In this document: in pieces, positions 50,113 through 62,900 of the stretch
Numbering within the stretch: position 1 is the stretch's first letter
Layout: every line of letters begins with the position of its first letter
From: Octopus bimaculoides
Taxonomy: Eukaryota
Length of the DNA: 64,000 nt
Reading direction: 5' to 3'
Assembly (NCBI RefSeq): GCF_001194135.2
Contig: NC_069001.1
Location: 1,284,301-1,348,300 of the forward strand
The notes under the pieces: model-generated
What the model was told of the DNA's origin: nothing
Database searches by the model: none
What the model saw: only the letters and a program-made list of their open reading frames with translations
Position numbers and translations under genes: made by a program

Positions 50113-50300
50113 CATCATCATCATCCTTTTGACAGGATCCAGGGAATCTGAGGACTGCATCATGCTCTGCTTTGCCATGGTTGCTGTAGCTGGACGTTCT
50201 TCCTGATGCCGACCACTTTACAGAGTGCACCAAATGCTTGTTTCATGCCACCAGAGCTAGTGAGGTTGCCATGCATCTCCCAAGACTGCAAAATTCAGTG
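50113..50300 (-). mobile_element. SINE-like family A copy
   Basis: catcatcatcatcc...gtagctggacgttcttcctgatgccgaccacttt. Confidence 0.65.
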
Positions 50301-53300
50301 TGTGTTGGGGGATGGGGGCATCTTTATGTTAAGGGACGAGGAAAAGGGTTAGAGTAGGGCAGGTTCTTGTAAGGGAGCTAAACAACTCCTCACACTTAGA
50401 AGAGAAGGTGGGAATGAACGAATGATATCCATCTCTGAAGAGGTAAATCGTGATGATGGTGTGTCCAGGTGTCACCTCAAGGTATGAGGTGAGTAGTAAT
50501 GAGTGGGGTGGGTGGTCAGAATTTGCAAGAGTATGGTGGGAGTGGGCAACAAGAGATAGGGGCAGTGGGAGACGGGATGCAGCAAAATAATGAGGCAAAG
50601 GGGTAGGAGAGAGGGAGAACTGAATTAAGATGGGCTCCCACTACTGGGTGGTTTATATTTTTATCCAGTGTTTCAATTTTGGAATCATTTCTTTAAATAT
50701 GAAGCAGATTTCTATCATTATATAGATATAGAGAGATAGATAAGGAAATAATTATATTCTCAAATGTAGGATAATGTTAATAATATAGCATGGACAGGAT
50801 AAACTCCAATGTTTTGGGAACAAAGAAAGCATTCTACCACAGTAGAGTGTAATGGTTTATTTATTGCAGACTTAGAGGCTTGTCACTCCATTTGAGTTTG
50901 CCTGGTATGTTACCAGTCCCTCATATAGGAATTGGCAAATAGACAGAGTTCTGCCGATTCCTGTGTCAGGGACTAAAACATGTCTGAGAATCTCTATGGT
51001 GACAAGCCTCTCGGTCCCCCCTAAATAAACTACCTATGTATATATATGTAGTATGTATTGTATATAAACATGAGTATATGTCTTGAAGGATATATGTATA
51101 TATAAAATTAACAAAAATATAAAAAGGGTGTATTTCAGGATCCCACCCTCTTTATCCCCCTGTTACCCAGATGAAGAAATTGAATTTATAAATGAGAAAC
51201 GGAAAATTTTTGTTTATTTTAAATAACAAAATTCAATACAGAATATATAGTTTTTATGTAAAGTCCTTATGGAACATGTGGGTCTGCATGTATTTATACA
51301 AAATATGTGTGTGTGTGTCTCACAAACACCATAAAAACATGAGGTTTTCTGCACATGTATGTATGTATATGTATATATATATATACATACATGTATCTGT
51401 GTGTCTGGAAGTATGTATCAGTGCTTTTACCCATTGAATTTGTCTTTCTGTGTGTGAAACCTTAACAAATAAGGCTTTTTGTGAAAAATTTAAGCATAAA
51501 AATATCATGGAAGGAAAGTAATGTTTAACATTTTTTTTGTTTTTTGTTTTTATTTTAAACTGAATTTTATGAGAGAGCTTCATTGCAGGAATGAAGTTGC
51601 GGGAAAGAGAGGTTGAGAAATAATCCCTCTCAAAATAAAAAAAATAAAAAACACTCTTATTTGTAGAGAGAATTATTTTAATATAATTATAGAAAGAAAA
51701 ATGCATACAAAAAAAAAATTGTTTTCAAAGAAAATTTTGAGAAAATAATTTTAAAAAATCAAATATCTGCAAAAAAAAAAAAGAAAATGGAAACTAATTG
51801 AGTGAAAATAAATCTTTGTAGAGAGAAATTTAGATATATTTTGGAGATTTTTCTGCTGAATAATTTTAAACCATTTTTCAAGCAGAGCGCTTATGATTTG
51901 AAATATTCTTTATTGATTGTTTTTTTTTCACAAGAAATTTGTGGAGAAAACAAAAACAAACAAAAGACAGAAAATATTATCGTGAGGCTGTTTTGGAAGA
52001 GAAGAATACGTTACAGTGAAGAATAACTTCTTTAACATAACAAAATGTGAGAAAAATGAGGACGAATTTAATTACACCGAAATTGGAATAAATATTTTAG
52101 TTTCTTTTTTATTTCTTTTTTAACTTTACTCTCAAGGGAAATAACTTTAAAATATTATTTACTATTTTTACTATTATCTCCCTTGATTGCTCACGCCCAT
52201 TCAAAACATTTCAACGTGTTTCGTAGAAGACATCCAAATATTTTTCTTTCTTTTAACTTAACCCTATTACTAACACTTCATATGCTGTACATGTTTCTTA
52301 ATTTTTAACGGAAAGAAGAAAAAAAAACAAGAAATTATTACTAATATCCAATACTTCACCCCACACACCATTATATCATATACAACATATTTATTTATAT
52401 ACTAATAATAATAAATTTAAGTCTATATTTATCTCTCGTCATTCCCTGCTCTCATGAATTTTTCTTCTCTAGCGTTAAATGCCTTCAACAACACAGAAAC
52501 GGAACAATTCTTTCATTTCTATGTTTGGTTTGCAAAATTCTTGATGTGAACATTTGTGCCGAAACAAATCTTGTTTTATCTCGGGTGCGTCGTTATGCCA
52601 ATAATAAACGCACCCGCTACTTCTGTTTCACGTCTTTATTATTATTATTAGTCAAATGGTTAACCGTTTAACCAACTGGCGGAATAATAAGAATCATAAT
52701 ACATGTTAAATAGAAGCGGTACTCGTGTTTATTATTGGGTGTCTCTCTCGAAATAACAGCTAAATAACGAAACCTCTTTTCTTATCTCATTCTCTTGTAA
52801 AATTATAGTCAAAATGTTGGTTATCTTAACATATATGAGTTTATAATACGCATACATGCACACACGTATACACACCCACATATTATGTATTCGATAGTTT
52901 CCCGTCTATTGTGGTACTTAAAAACAATAGAGACCATTTATCAGATCAATATTGCTGAGTGCCATAAGAGACGTGAAAGCAATGGTCACTTACTGACCAA
53001 CGACTATATAATATATATTATTCCTCAGAAAGAAATGTTTTAGAGTATGACAGACAAAGGGATTGTTGATTACATCGACCCCAGTGCGTAACTGGTACTA
53101 TTTAATCGACTCCGAAAGGATGAAAGGCAAAGTCGACCTCGGCACTATATGTATGTATTTGTGCGCGCATATATATATATGCTTGTGTACGTTTATGTAT
53201 ATATCTATGTGTGTATGTATGTATATAAATATAAACATACAAAGTACGTTCAGGAGATTTATGATAGGAATAGCATCTAACGTTGAATATATTCTCTCTC

Positions 53301-53439
53301 TGTCTCTCTCTCCCTCTTTCTCTCTCAGGTGTCCCAACGCGAGCTCAGCGTGGACGGAAACCACACGTCGAGCAAAAGGGCAAAAGCTCGCTCGATCTCG
53401 ATTTTCAGTACGATTGATATTAAATGACGAAAGTATGGA

Positions 53440-53848
53440 GGTTTATAGTGAGGACTCCCCGTTTCCGTACCAACGATACGATGGTTGTTGCACTTCTTCA
53501 TCTGTCGTTATCTCGCTGCTTGTGGAACCATCAATTACGGTGTTATGCTTATTGTATCTTTGACACGTAACTCTCCATCCTTGTGTCTGTCCTAAGGGAT
53601 GTCGCAGAGTGCTGCCTGGCTTGCTCCTCGGTTTCCAAACGCACCGCTATCGTTGTCTACTTCTTCCCTCTGGCAAGCTATGTAACGTCCTGCCAGGTGG
53701 GCTTTAATACCATTTCCACTTGTTGCCTTGTTGCAACCTCAATTCTTTTTAATTTCAAATTGTACGTTCTGTACACAATTGTTTTTAACGTTGTAGCCCT
53801 TGTAACTTCGCTAGGAGGGGGTGACCTTGACTTCGTGCTCCCCTCTTC
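53440..53848 (-). pseudogene. Decayed gag-like/ORF1 N-terminal fragment of a non-LTR retrotransposon (L1/Tx1-like, tentative)
   Basis: Minus frame from 53848: EEGSTKSRSPPPSEVTRATTLKTIVYRTYNLKLKRIEVATRQQVEMVLKPTWQDVT*LARGKK*TTIAVRLETEEQARQHSATSLRTD, with two in-frame TAG (53680, 53659) and a later frameshift. Protein-like complexity and balanced GC unlike the flanks. Family assignment is from recalled resemblance only. Confidence 0.45.
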
Positions 53849-53900
53849 TCATAAAATCCTTGCACCTCACCATCTCCCGCCTCCCAAAACGCATAAATAA

Positions 53901-56900
53901 GTACGTATGAACGAACGTACGTACGTTACTAAATACGAACGAACGAAAGAAAGAACGAATGAACGTACGAGCGGAAGAATGACCGAACGTGCGTACGTTC
54001 GTTACTTTGTTCGTACGTACATATGTACCTACTTACGTACGTTCGTTCGTAGGTACATACATACCTACGTTCGATCGTTCTTTTGTTCGTACGTACATAC
54101 GTACGTTCATTTCTTTGTTCGTTCGTTTTTTTTTTTCGTACGTACGTTCGTTCTTTCAATCTTTCGTTTGTTCGTTCCTACGTACGTTTGTTCGTTCCTA
54201 CGTACGTTTGTTCCGTCGTACGTACGCTTGTTCGTTCGTTCGTACGTATGTACCTACATTTGTTCGTTTGTTCGATCGTTCGTTCGTTCTTACGTACGTA
54301 CTTACATTCTTTCATTCTTTTCTTTCATGTTTCGTACGTTCGTTCGTTCCTAAGTACGTACGTGCGTACATTCGTTCGTTCATTTGTTCGTTGTTACGGA
54401 CGTATTTACGTTCGTTCGTACATACGTATTTACGTTCGTTCGTTCTTACGTTCTTTCTTTCGTTCGATCGTTTCTTCGTACTTCCGTACGTACCTTCGGT
54501 CGTTCGTTCTTATGTACGTAAGTACGTACGTTCATTCGTTACTTCGTTCGATCGTTCGTACGTACATACGTTCATTCAAGCGTACGTACGTACGCTCGTT
54601 CGTACGTTCATTCTTACGTATGTACGTACATACGTTCAATCGTACTTTCGTTCGTTTGTTCGTTCGTTCATACGTACGGGCGTACGTTAGTTCTTTCGTT
54701 CGTACGAACGTACGTTTGTTCGCTCGTTCCTACGTACGGATGTATGTACGTACGTACGTTCGTTTATTTTTTCGTTCTATCTTTCTTTCGTTCGCACATG
54801 CGTTCTTTCCTACGTACGTACGTTTATTTGTTCATTCGTTCCTTCGTTTGTTCTTACATGCCAACGTGCGTACGTTCTTTCGTTTGCTCGATCGTTGTCT
54901 CGTTCGTTCGTTCGTCCATTCTTTCGTTACTTCGTTCGTTCATTCGTTTGTTTGTTTCGTTCGTTCGTTTGTTTCATTCTTCCGTACGTACGTACGATCA
55001 TTCGTTCGTTCGTTCCTTCGCACGTACGTACGTACGTTTGCTCGTTCTTTCGTACGTACGTACATTCTTTCGTTCAATCGTTCGTTCATTCTTTCGTACG
55101 TTCGTTAATCTGTTCGTTCGTTCATACGTACGTACGTACATATGTACCTACTTATGTACGTTCGTTTGTTCGTTTGTACATACGTACCTTCAATTCTTTG
55201 TGCGTTCGTTCTTACATACGTAGTTACGTATGTAAATCCGTACGTACGGACGTTCGTTCGTTGCCTCGTTCGTTAGTTCTTACGTACGTACGTTCGTTCA
55301 TTAGGTCATTCGTTTGTTCGTTTCATTCGTTCGTTCATCCGTCCGTACGTTCGTTCGTTCTGACATACGTTCGTTCGTACGTACGTACGTTTGTTCGTTC
55401 GTTCGTTCATTCATATATATGTACGTAGGAACATACGTACGTTCGTTCGTAATTACGTTCCTTCTTTCGTTTATTCGTTCGTACGTACGAACTTACGTTC
55501 ATTCGTTCTTTCGTTCGATCGTTCCTTCCTACTTACGTACGTACGTACCTTCGTTCGTTCGTACGTACATTCATTCATTCGTACGTACGTTCGTTCGTTC
55601 GTTCATTTGTTCGTTCCTTCGTTGTTACGTACGTACGGACGTATTTACGTTCGTTCGTACGTAGGTACTTAAATACGTCCGTACGTACGTTCGTTCGTAC
55701 ATACGTAATTACGTTCGTTCGTTCGATCGTTCCTTCCTACTTACGTACGTACGTACCTTCGTTCGTTCGTACGTACGTATGTTCGTTCGTTCGTTCTTAC
55801 ATACGTAAGTACGTACGTTCATTCGTTACGTCGTTCTTTCCTTCGTTCGTTCGTTCGATCGTTCCTACGTGCGTACGTTCATTCAATCGTACGCTCGTTC
55901 GTACGTTCATTCTTACGTATGTACGTACATACGTTCAATCGTTCGTTTGTTCGTTCGTTCATACGTACGGACGTACGTTAGTTCTTTCTTTCGTACGTAC
56001 TACGTTCGTTCGATCGTTCCTACGTACGGATGTATGTACGTACGTTCGTTCGTACGTACGTTTGTTTGTTTTCTTGTTCTATCTTTCTTTCGTTCGCACA
56101 TGCGTTCTTTCCTACGAACGTACGTTTGTTTGTTCATTCGTTCCTTCGTTTGCTCTTAAATACGAGCATGCGTACGTTCTTTCGTTTGCTCGAACGTTGT
56201 CTCGTTCGTTCTTTCGTCCATTCTTTCGTTACTTCGTTCGGTCATTCACTCGTTCGTTCGTTCGTTTGTTTCGTTCTTCTATACGTACGTACGATCATTC
56301 GTTTGTTCGTTCATTCCTTCGCACGTACGTACGTGTGTTCGTTCGTTCGTTCTTTCGTACGTACGTACATTCTTTCGTTCAATCGTTCGTTCATTCTTTC
56401 GTACGTTCGTTCGTTCGTGCGTTCGTTCGCTTGTTTGTTCGTACGTTCTTTCGTACGTACTTTCGTTCGTTCGTTCGTGCGTACGTTCGTTAGTTTGTTA
56501 GTTCGTTCATACGTACATATGTACCTACTTATGTACGTTTGTTCGTTCGTTCGTTCGTTTGCACATACGTACGTTCAATTCTTTGTTCGTTCTTTTTTCG
56601 TACCTACGTACATTCGTTCGTTCAATCGTTCGTTTTTTCGTTCGTACGTACGTTCGTCCGTTTCTTTGTTCGTTCGTTCTTACATACGTACTTACGTAAA
56701 TCCGTACGTACGGACGTTCGTTCGTTTGTTCGTTCGTTCGTCCGTCCGTACGTTCGTTCGTTCGTCCGTCCGTACGTTCGTTCGTTCGCACATACGTTCG
56801 TTCGTACGTACATACGTTTGTTCGTTCGTTCATTCATATATATGTACGTACGTTCGTTCGTTCATTCATATATATGTACGTACGTTCGTTCGTTCGTAAT

Positions 56901-59900
56901 TACGTTCCTTCTTTCGTTTATTCGTTCGTACTTACGAACTTACTTACGTACGCACGTTCTTTCCTTCCTTCGATCATTTGTTCATACGTACGATCGTTTG
57001 TTCGTACGTACGTTCGTTCGTACGTACGTACCTTCGTTCGTACGTACGTACATTCATTCGTACGTACGTACATTCGTTCATACGTACGTTCGTTCGTTCG
57101 TTCATCATATGTACGTACGAACATACGCACGCTCGTTCGTTCGTTCGTTTGTTCGATCTTTCATACGTACTTACGTACATACATCCGTGCGTATGGACGT
57201 TCGTTCGTTTCATTCGTTCGTTCTTCCGTCCGTGCGTTCGTTCAGACATACCTTCGTTCGTATGTACGTACGTTTGTTCGTTCGTTCATTCAGATATATG
57301 TACGTAGGAACATACGTACGTACGTTCATACATACGTTCCTTCATAAGTACGTACGTTTGTTTGTACGTACGTTCGTACATTCGTTCGTACGTACGTACC
57401 TTCGTTCGTACGTACGTACATTCATTCGTTCGTACGTACGTTCGTTCGTTTATTCATACATATGTACGTACGAACATACGCACGCTCGTTCGTTTGTTCA
57501 TTTGTTCGTTTCTTCGTTGTTACGTACGTACGGACGTATTTACGTTCGTTCGTACATAGGTACTTATATACGTACTACGTACGTTCGTTCGTACATACGT
57601 AATTACGTTCGTTTGTTCTTACGTTCTTTCTTTCGATCGATCGTTCCTTCCTACTTACGTACGTACGTACCTTCGTTCGTTCGTACTTACGTACGTACGT
57701 TCGTTCGTTCGTTCTTACATACGTAAGAACGTACATTCATTCGTTACTTCGTTCGATCGTTCCTACGTACGTACGTTCATTCAATCGTACGTACGTACGC
57801 TCGTTCGTACGTTCATTCTTACGTATGTACGTACATACGTTCAATCGTTCTTTCGTTCATTTGTTCATACGTACGGACGTACGTTAGTTCTTTCTTTTGT
57901 ACGTAGGTACGTTCGTTCGATCGTTCCTACGTACGGATGTACGTACGTTCGTTTGTACGTACGTTCGTTCGTACGTACGTTCATTTGTTTTTTTGTTCTA
58001 TCTTTATTTCGTTCGCACATGCGTTCTTTCCTACGTACATACGTTTGTTTGTTCATTCGTTCCTTCGTTTGTTCTTACATACGAACGTGCGTACGTTCTT
58101 TCGTTTGCTCGATCGTTGTCTCGTTCGTTCGTTCGTCCATTTTTTCGTTACTTCCTTCGTTCTTTCGCTCGATCGTTCATTCGTTTGTTTGTTTCGTTCG
58201 TTCGCTCATTCTTTCGTTCGTTTCGTTCTTCCGTACGTACGTACGATCATTCGTTCGTTCGTTCGTTTGTTCGTTCGTTCCTTTGCACGTACGTACGTAC
58301 GTTTCTTCGTTCGTTCGTTCAATCGTTCGTTCATTCTTTCGTACGTGCGTACGTTCGTTAGTTTGTTTGTTCGTTCGCTCGTTCGTTCGTACGTTCTTTC
58401 GTTCGTTCGTACGTACGTGAGTACGTTCGTTAGTTTGTTCGTTCGTTCATACGTACGTACGTACATATGTACCTACTTATGTATGTAATTACGTTCCTTA
58501 TTTTGTTTATTCGTTCGTACGTACGAACTTACTAACGTACGCACGTTCTTTCCTTCCTTCGATCATTTGTTCATACGTACGATCGTTCGTTCGTACGTTC
58601 GTTCGTACGTACGTTCGTTCGTTCGTTCATTCATATGTACGTACGAACATACGCACGCTCGTTCGTTCGTTCCTTCGCATGTACGTACGTACGTTTGTTC
58701 GTTCGTTCGTTCTTTCGTACGTACGTACATTCATTCGTTCAATCGTTCGTTCATTCTTTCGTATGTTCGTTCGTACGTACGTTCGTTAGTTTGTTCGTTC
58801 GTTCGCTCGTTTCTTCGTACGTTCGTTAGTTTGTTCCTTCGTTCATACGTACGTACGTACGTACATATGTACCTACTTATGTACGTTCGTTTGTTCGTTC
58901 GTACATACGTACGTTCAATTCTTTGTTCGTTCGTTCTTACATACGAACTTACGTACCTAAATCCGTACGTACGGACGTTCGTTTGTTCGTTCGTTCGTTT
59001 CATTCGTTCGTTCGTCCGTCCGTACGTTCGTTCGTTCTGACATACGTTCGTTCGTACGTACGTTTGTTCGTTCGTTCGTTCGTTCATTCATATATATGTA
59101 CGCAGGAACATACGTACGTTCGTTCGTTATTTCTTTCGTTCGTTCGTAATTACGTTCCTTCTTTCGTTTATTCGTTCGTACGTACGAACTTACTTACCTA
59201 CGCACGATCTTTCTTTCCTTCGATCATTTGTTCATACGTACGATCGTTCGTTCGAACGTACGTTCGTTCGTACGTACGTACCTTCGTTCGTTCGTTCATT
59301 CATACATATGTACGTACGAACATACGCACGGTTGTTCGTTTGTTCGTTCGTTCATTTGTTTGTTCGTTCCTTCGTTGTTACGTAGGTACGGACGTAGGTA
59401 CTTATATACGTACCTACGTACGTTCGATCGTACATACGTAATTACGTTCGTTCGTTCTTACGTTCTTTCTTTCGTTCGATCGTTCCTTCCTACTTACGTA
59501 CGTACGTACGTACCTTCGTCCGTTCGTACTTACGTACATACGTTTGTTCTTACGTGCGTAAGTACGTACGTTCATTCGTTACTTCGTTCTTTCCTTCGTT
59601 CGATCGTTAGTACGTACGTACGTTCATTCAATCGTACGAACGTGCGTTCATTCAATCGTACGTACGTACGCTCGTTCGTACGTTCATTCTTACGTATGTA
59701 CGTACATACGTTCAAACGTTCGTTTGTTCGTTCGTTCCTTAATTTTGTTCGTTCATACGTACGGACGTACGTTAGTTCTTTCGTTCGTACGTACGTACGT
59801 TCGTTCGCTCGTTCGATCGTTCCTACGTACGGATGTATGTACGTACGTTCTTTTGTTTTTTCGTTCTATCTTTCTTTCTTTCGCACATGCGTTCTTCCCT

Positions 59901-62900
59901 ACGTACGTACGTTTATTTGTTCATTCGTTCCTTCGTTTGTACTTACATACGAACGTGCGTACGTTCTTTCGTTTGCTCGATAGTTGTCTCGTTCATTCGT
60001 TCGTCCATTCTTTCGTTACTTCGTTCGTTCTTTCGCTCGTTCGTTCATTCGTTTGTTTGTTTCCTTCGATCGTTCTTTCGTTCGTTCGTTCTTTCATTCG
60101 TTCGTTCTTTCGTTCGTTCGTTTCGTTCTTCCGTACGTACGTACGATCATTCGTTCGTTCGCTCGTACGTTCAATTCTTTGTTCGTTCGTTCTTTTTTCG
60201 TACTTACGTACGTTCGTTCGTTCAATCGTTCGTTCGTTCTTTCGTTCGTACGTACGTTAGTCCGTTTCTTTCTTCGTTCGTTTGTTCGATCGTTCGTTCG
60301 TTCTTACATACGTACTTACGTATGTAAATCCTTACGTACGGACGTTCATTCGTTGCCTCGTTCTTTAGTTCTTTCGTTCTTTCGTACGTACGTACGTTCG
60401 TTCATTAGGTCGTTCGTTTGTTCGTTTCATTCGTTCGTTCGTTCGTAATTACGTTCCTTCTTTCGTTTATTCGTTCGTACGTACGAACTTACTTATGTAC
60501 GCACGTTCTTTCCTTCTTTCGACCATTTGTTCATACGTACGATCGTTCGTACGTACATTCGTTCGTACGTACATACGTTCGTTCGTACGAACGTACGTTA
60601 GTTCGTACATACGTAATTACGTTCGTTCGTTCTTACGTTCTTTCTTTCGTTCGATCGTTCCTTCATACTTACGTACGTACCTACCTACCTTCGTTCGTTC
60701 GTACTTACGTACGTACGTTCGTTCTTACGTACGTAAGTACGTACGTTCATTCGTTACTTCCTTCTTTTCTTCGTTTGTTTGTTCGATCGTTCGTACGTAC
60801 GTACGTTCATTCAATCGTACGTACGTTCATTCAATCGTACGTACGTTCATTCAGACGTACGTACGTACGCTCGTTCGTACGTTCATTCTTACGTGTGTAC
60901 GTACATACGTTCAATCGTTCGTTTGTTCGTTCGTTCCTTCATTTCGTTCGTTCATACGTACGGACGTACGTTAGTTCTTTCGTTCGTACGTACGTTCATT
61001 CGCTCGTTCGATCGTTCCTACGTACGGGTGTATGTACGTACGTTCGTACGTACGTTCGTTTGTTTTTTTGTTCTATCTTTCTTTCGTTCGCACATGCGTT
61101 CTTTCCTACGTACGTACGTTTGTTTGTTCATTCGTTCCTTCGTTTGTTCTTACATACGAACGTGCGTACGTTCTTTTGTTTGTTCGATCGTTGTCCCGTT
61201 CGTTCGTTCGTCCATTCTTTCGTTACTTAGTTCGTTCTTTCGCTCGTTCGTTCATTCGTTTGTTTGTTTCCTTCGATCGTTCGTTCGCTCGTTCTTTCGT
61301 TCTTTCGTTCGTTCGTTTGTTTCGTTCTTCCGTACGTACGTATGATCATTCGTTCGTTCCTTCGCACGTACGTATGTAAATTTGTTCGTTCGTTCGTTCT
61401 GACATACGTTCGTACGTACGTACGTTTTTTCGTTCGTTCGTTCTTTCATATATATGTACGTAGGAACATACGTACGTTCGTTCGTTCATAATTACGTTCC
61501 TTCTTTGTTCTTTGTTCATACGTACGATCGTTCGTACTTTCGTTAGTTTGTTCGTTCGTTCATACGTACGTACGTACATATTTACCTACTTATGTACGTT
61601 CGTTTGTTTGTTCGAACATACGTACGTTCAATTCTTTGTTCGTTCGTTCTTCTTTCGTACCTACGTACGTTCGTTCGTTTAATCGTTCGTACGTACGTTA
61701 GTCCGTTTCTTTGTTCGTTCGTTTGTTTGATCGTTCGTTAGTTCTTTCGTTCTTTCGTACGTACGTACTTCGTTCATTAGGTCGATCGTTTGTTCGTTCG
61801 TTCGTTTCAATCGTTCGTTCGTTTCAATCGTTCGTTCGTCCGTCCGTACGTTCATTCGTTTCTTCGGTCTTTCCTTCGTTCGTTCGTTCGTTCGAATGTA
61901 CGTACGTTCATTCAATCGTACGTACGTACGCTCGTTCTTACGTTCATTCTTACGTATGTACGTACATACGTTCAATCGTTCTTTCGTTCGTTTGTTCGTT
62001 CGTTCCTTAATTTCGTTCGTTCTTTCGTACGTCCGTACATTCTTTCGTTCAATCGTTCGTTCATTCCTTCGTACGTACGTTCGTTAGTTTGTTCGTTCGC
62101 TCGTTCGTTCGTACGTTCGTTCGTACGTACGTGTGTACGTTCGTTAGTTTGTTCGTTCATACGTACGTACGTACATATGTACCTATTTATGTACGTTCGT
62201 TTGTTCGTTCGTTCGTATATACGTACGTTCAATTCTTTGTTCGTCCGTTTTTTTTTCGTACCTACGTACGTTCAATTCTTTGTTCGTTCTTTTTTCGTAC
62301 CTACGTACGTTCGTTCGTTTAATCGTTCGTTCTTTCGTTCGAACGTACGTTAGTCCGTTTCTTTGTTCGTTCGTTTGTTCGATCGTTCGTTCGTTCTTAC
62401 ATACGTACTTACGCACGTAAATCCGTACGTACGGACGTTCGTTCGTTGCCTCGTTCTTTCGTACGTACGTACGTTCGTTCATTAGGTCGTTAGTTTTTTC
62501 GTTCGTTCGTTTCATTCGTTCGTTCGTTTCATTCGTTCGTCCGTCCGTACGTTCGTTCGTTCTGACATACGTTCGTACGTACGTACGTTTTTTCGTTCGT
62601 TCGTTCATTCATATATATGTATGTAGGAACATACGTACGTTCGTTCGTTCTTTCGTTCGTTCATAATTACGTTCCTTCTTTCGTTTATTCGTTCGTACGT
62701 ACGAACTTACTTACGTACGCACGTTCTTTCCTTCCTTCGACCATTTGTTCATACGTACGATCGTTCGTTCGTACGTTCGTTAGTTTGTTCGTTCGTTCAT
62801 ACGTACGTACGTACATATTTACCTAGTTATGTTCGTTCGTTCTTTTTTCGTACCTACGTACGTTCGTTCGTTTAATCGTTCGTACGTACGTTAGTCCGTT

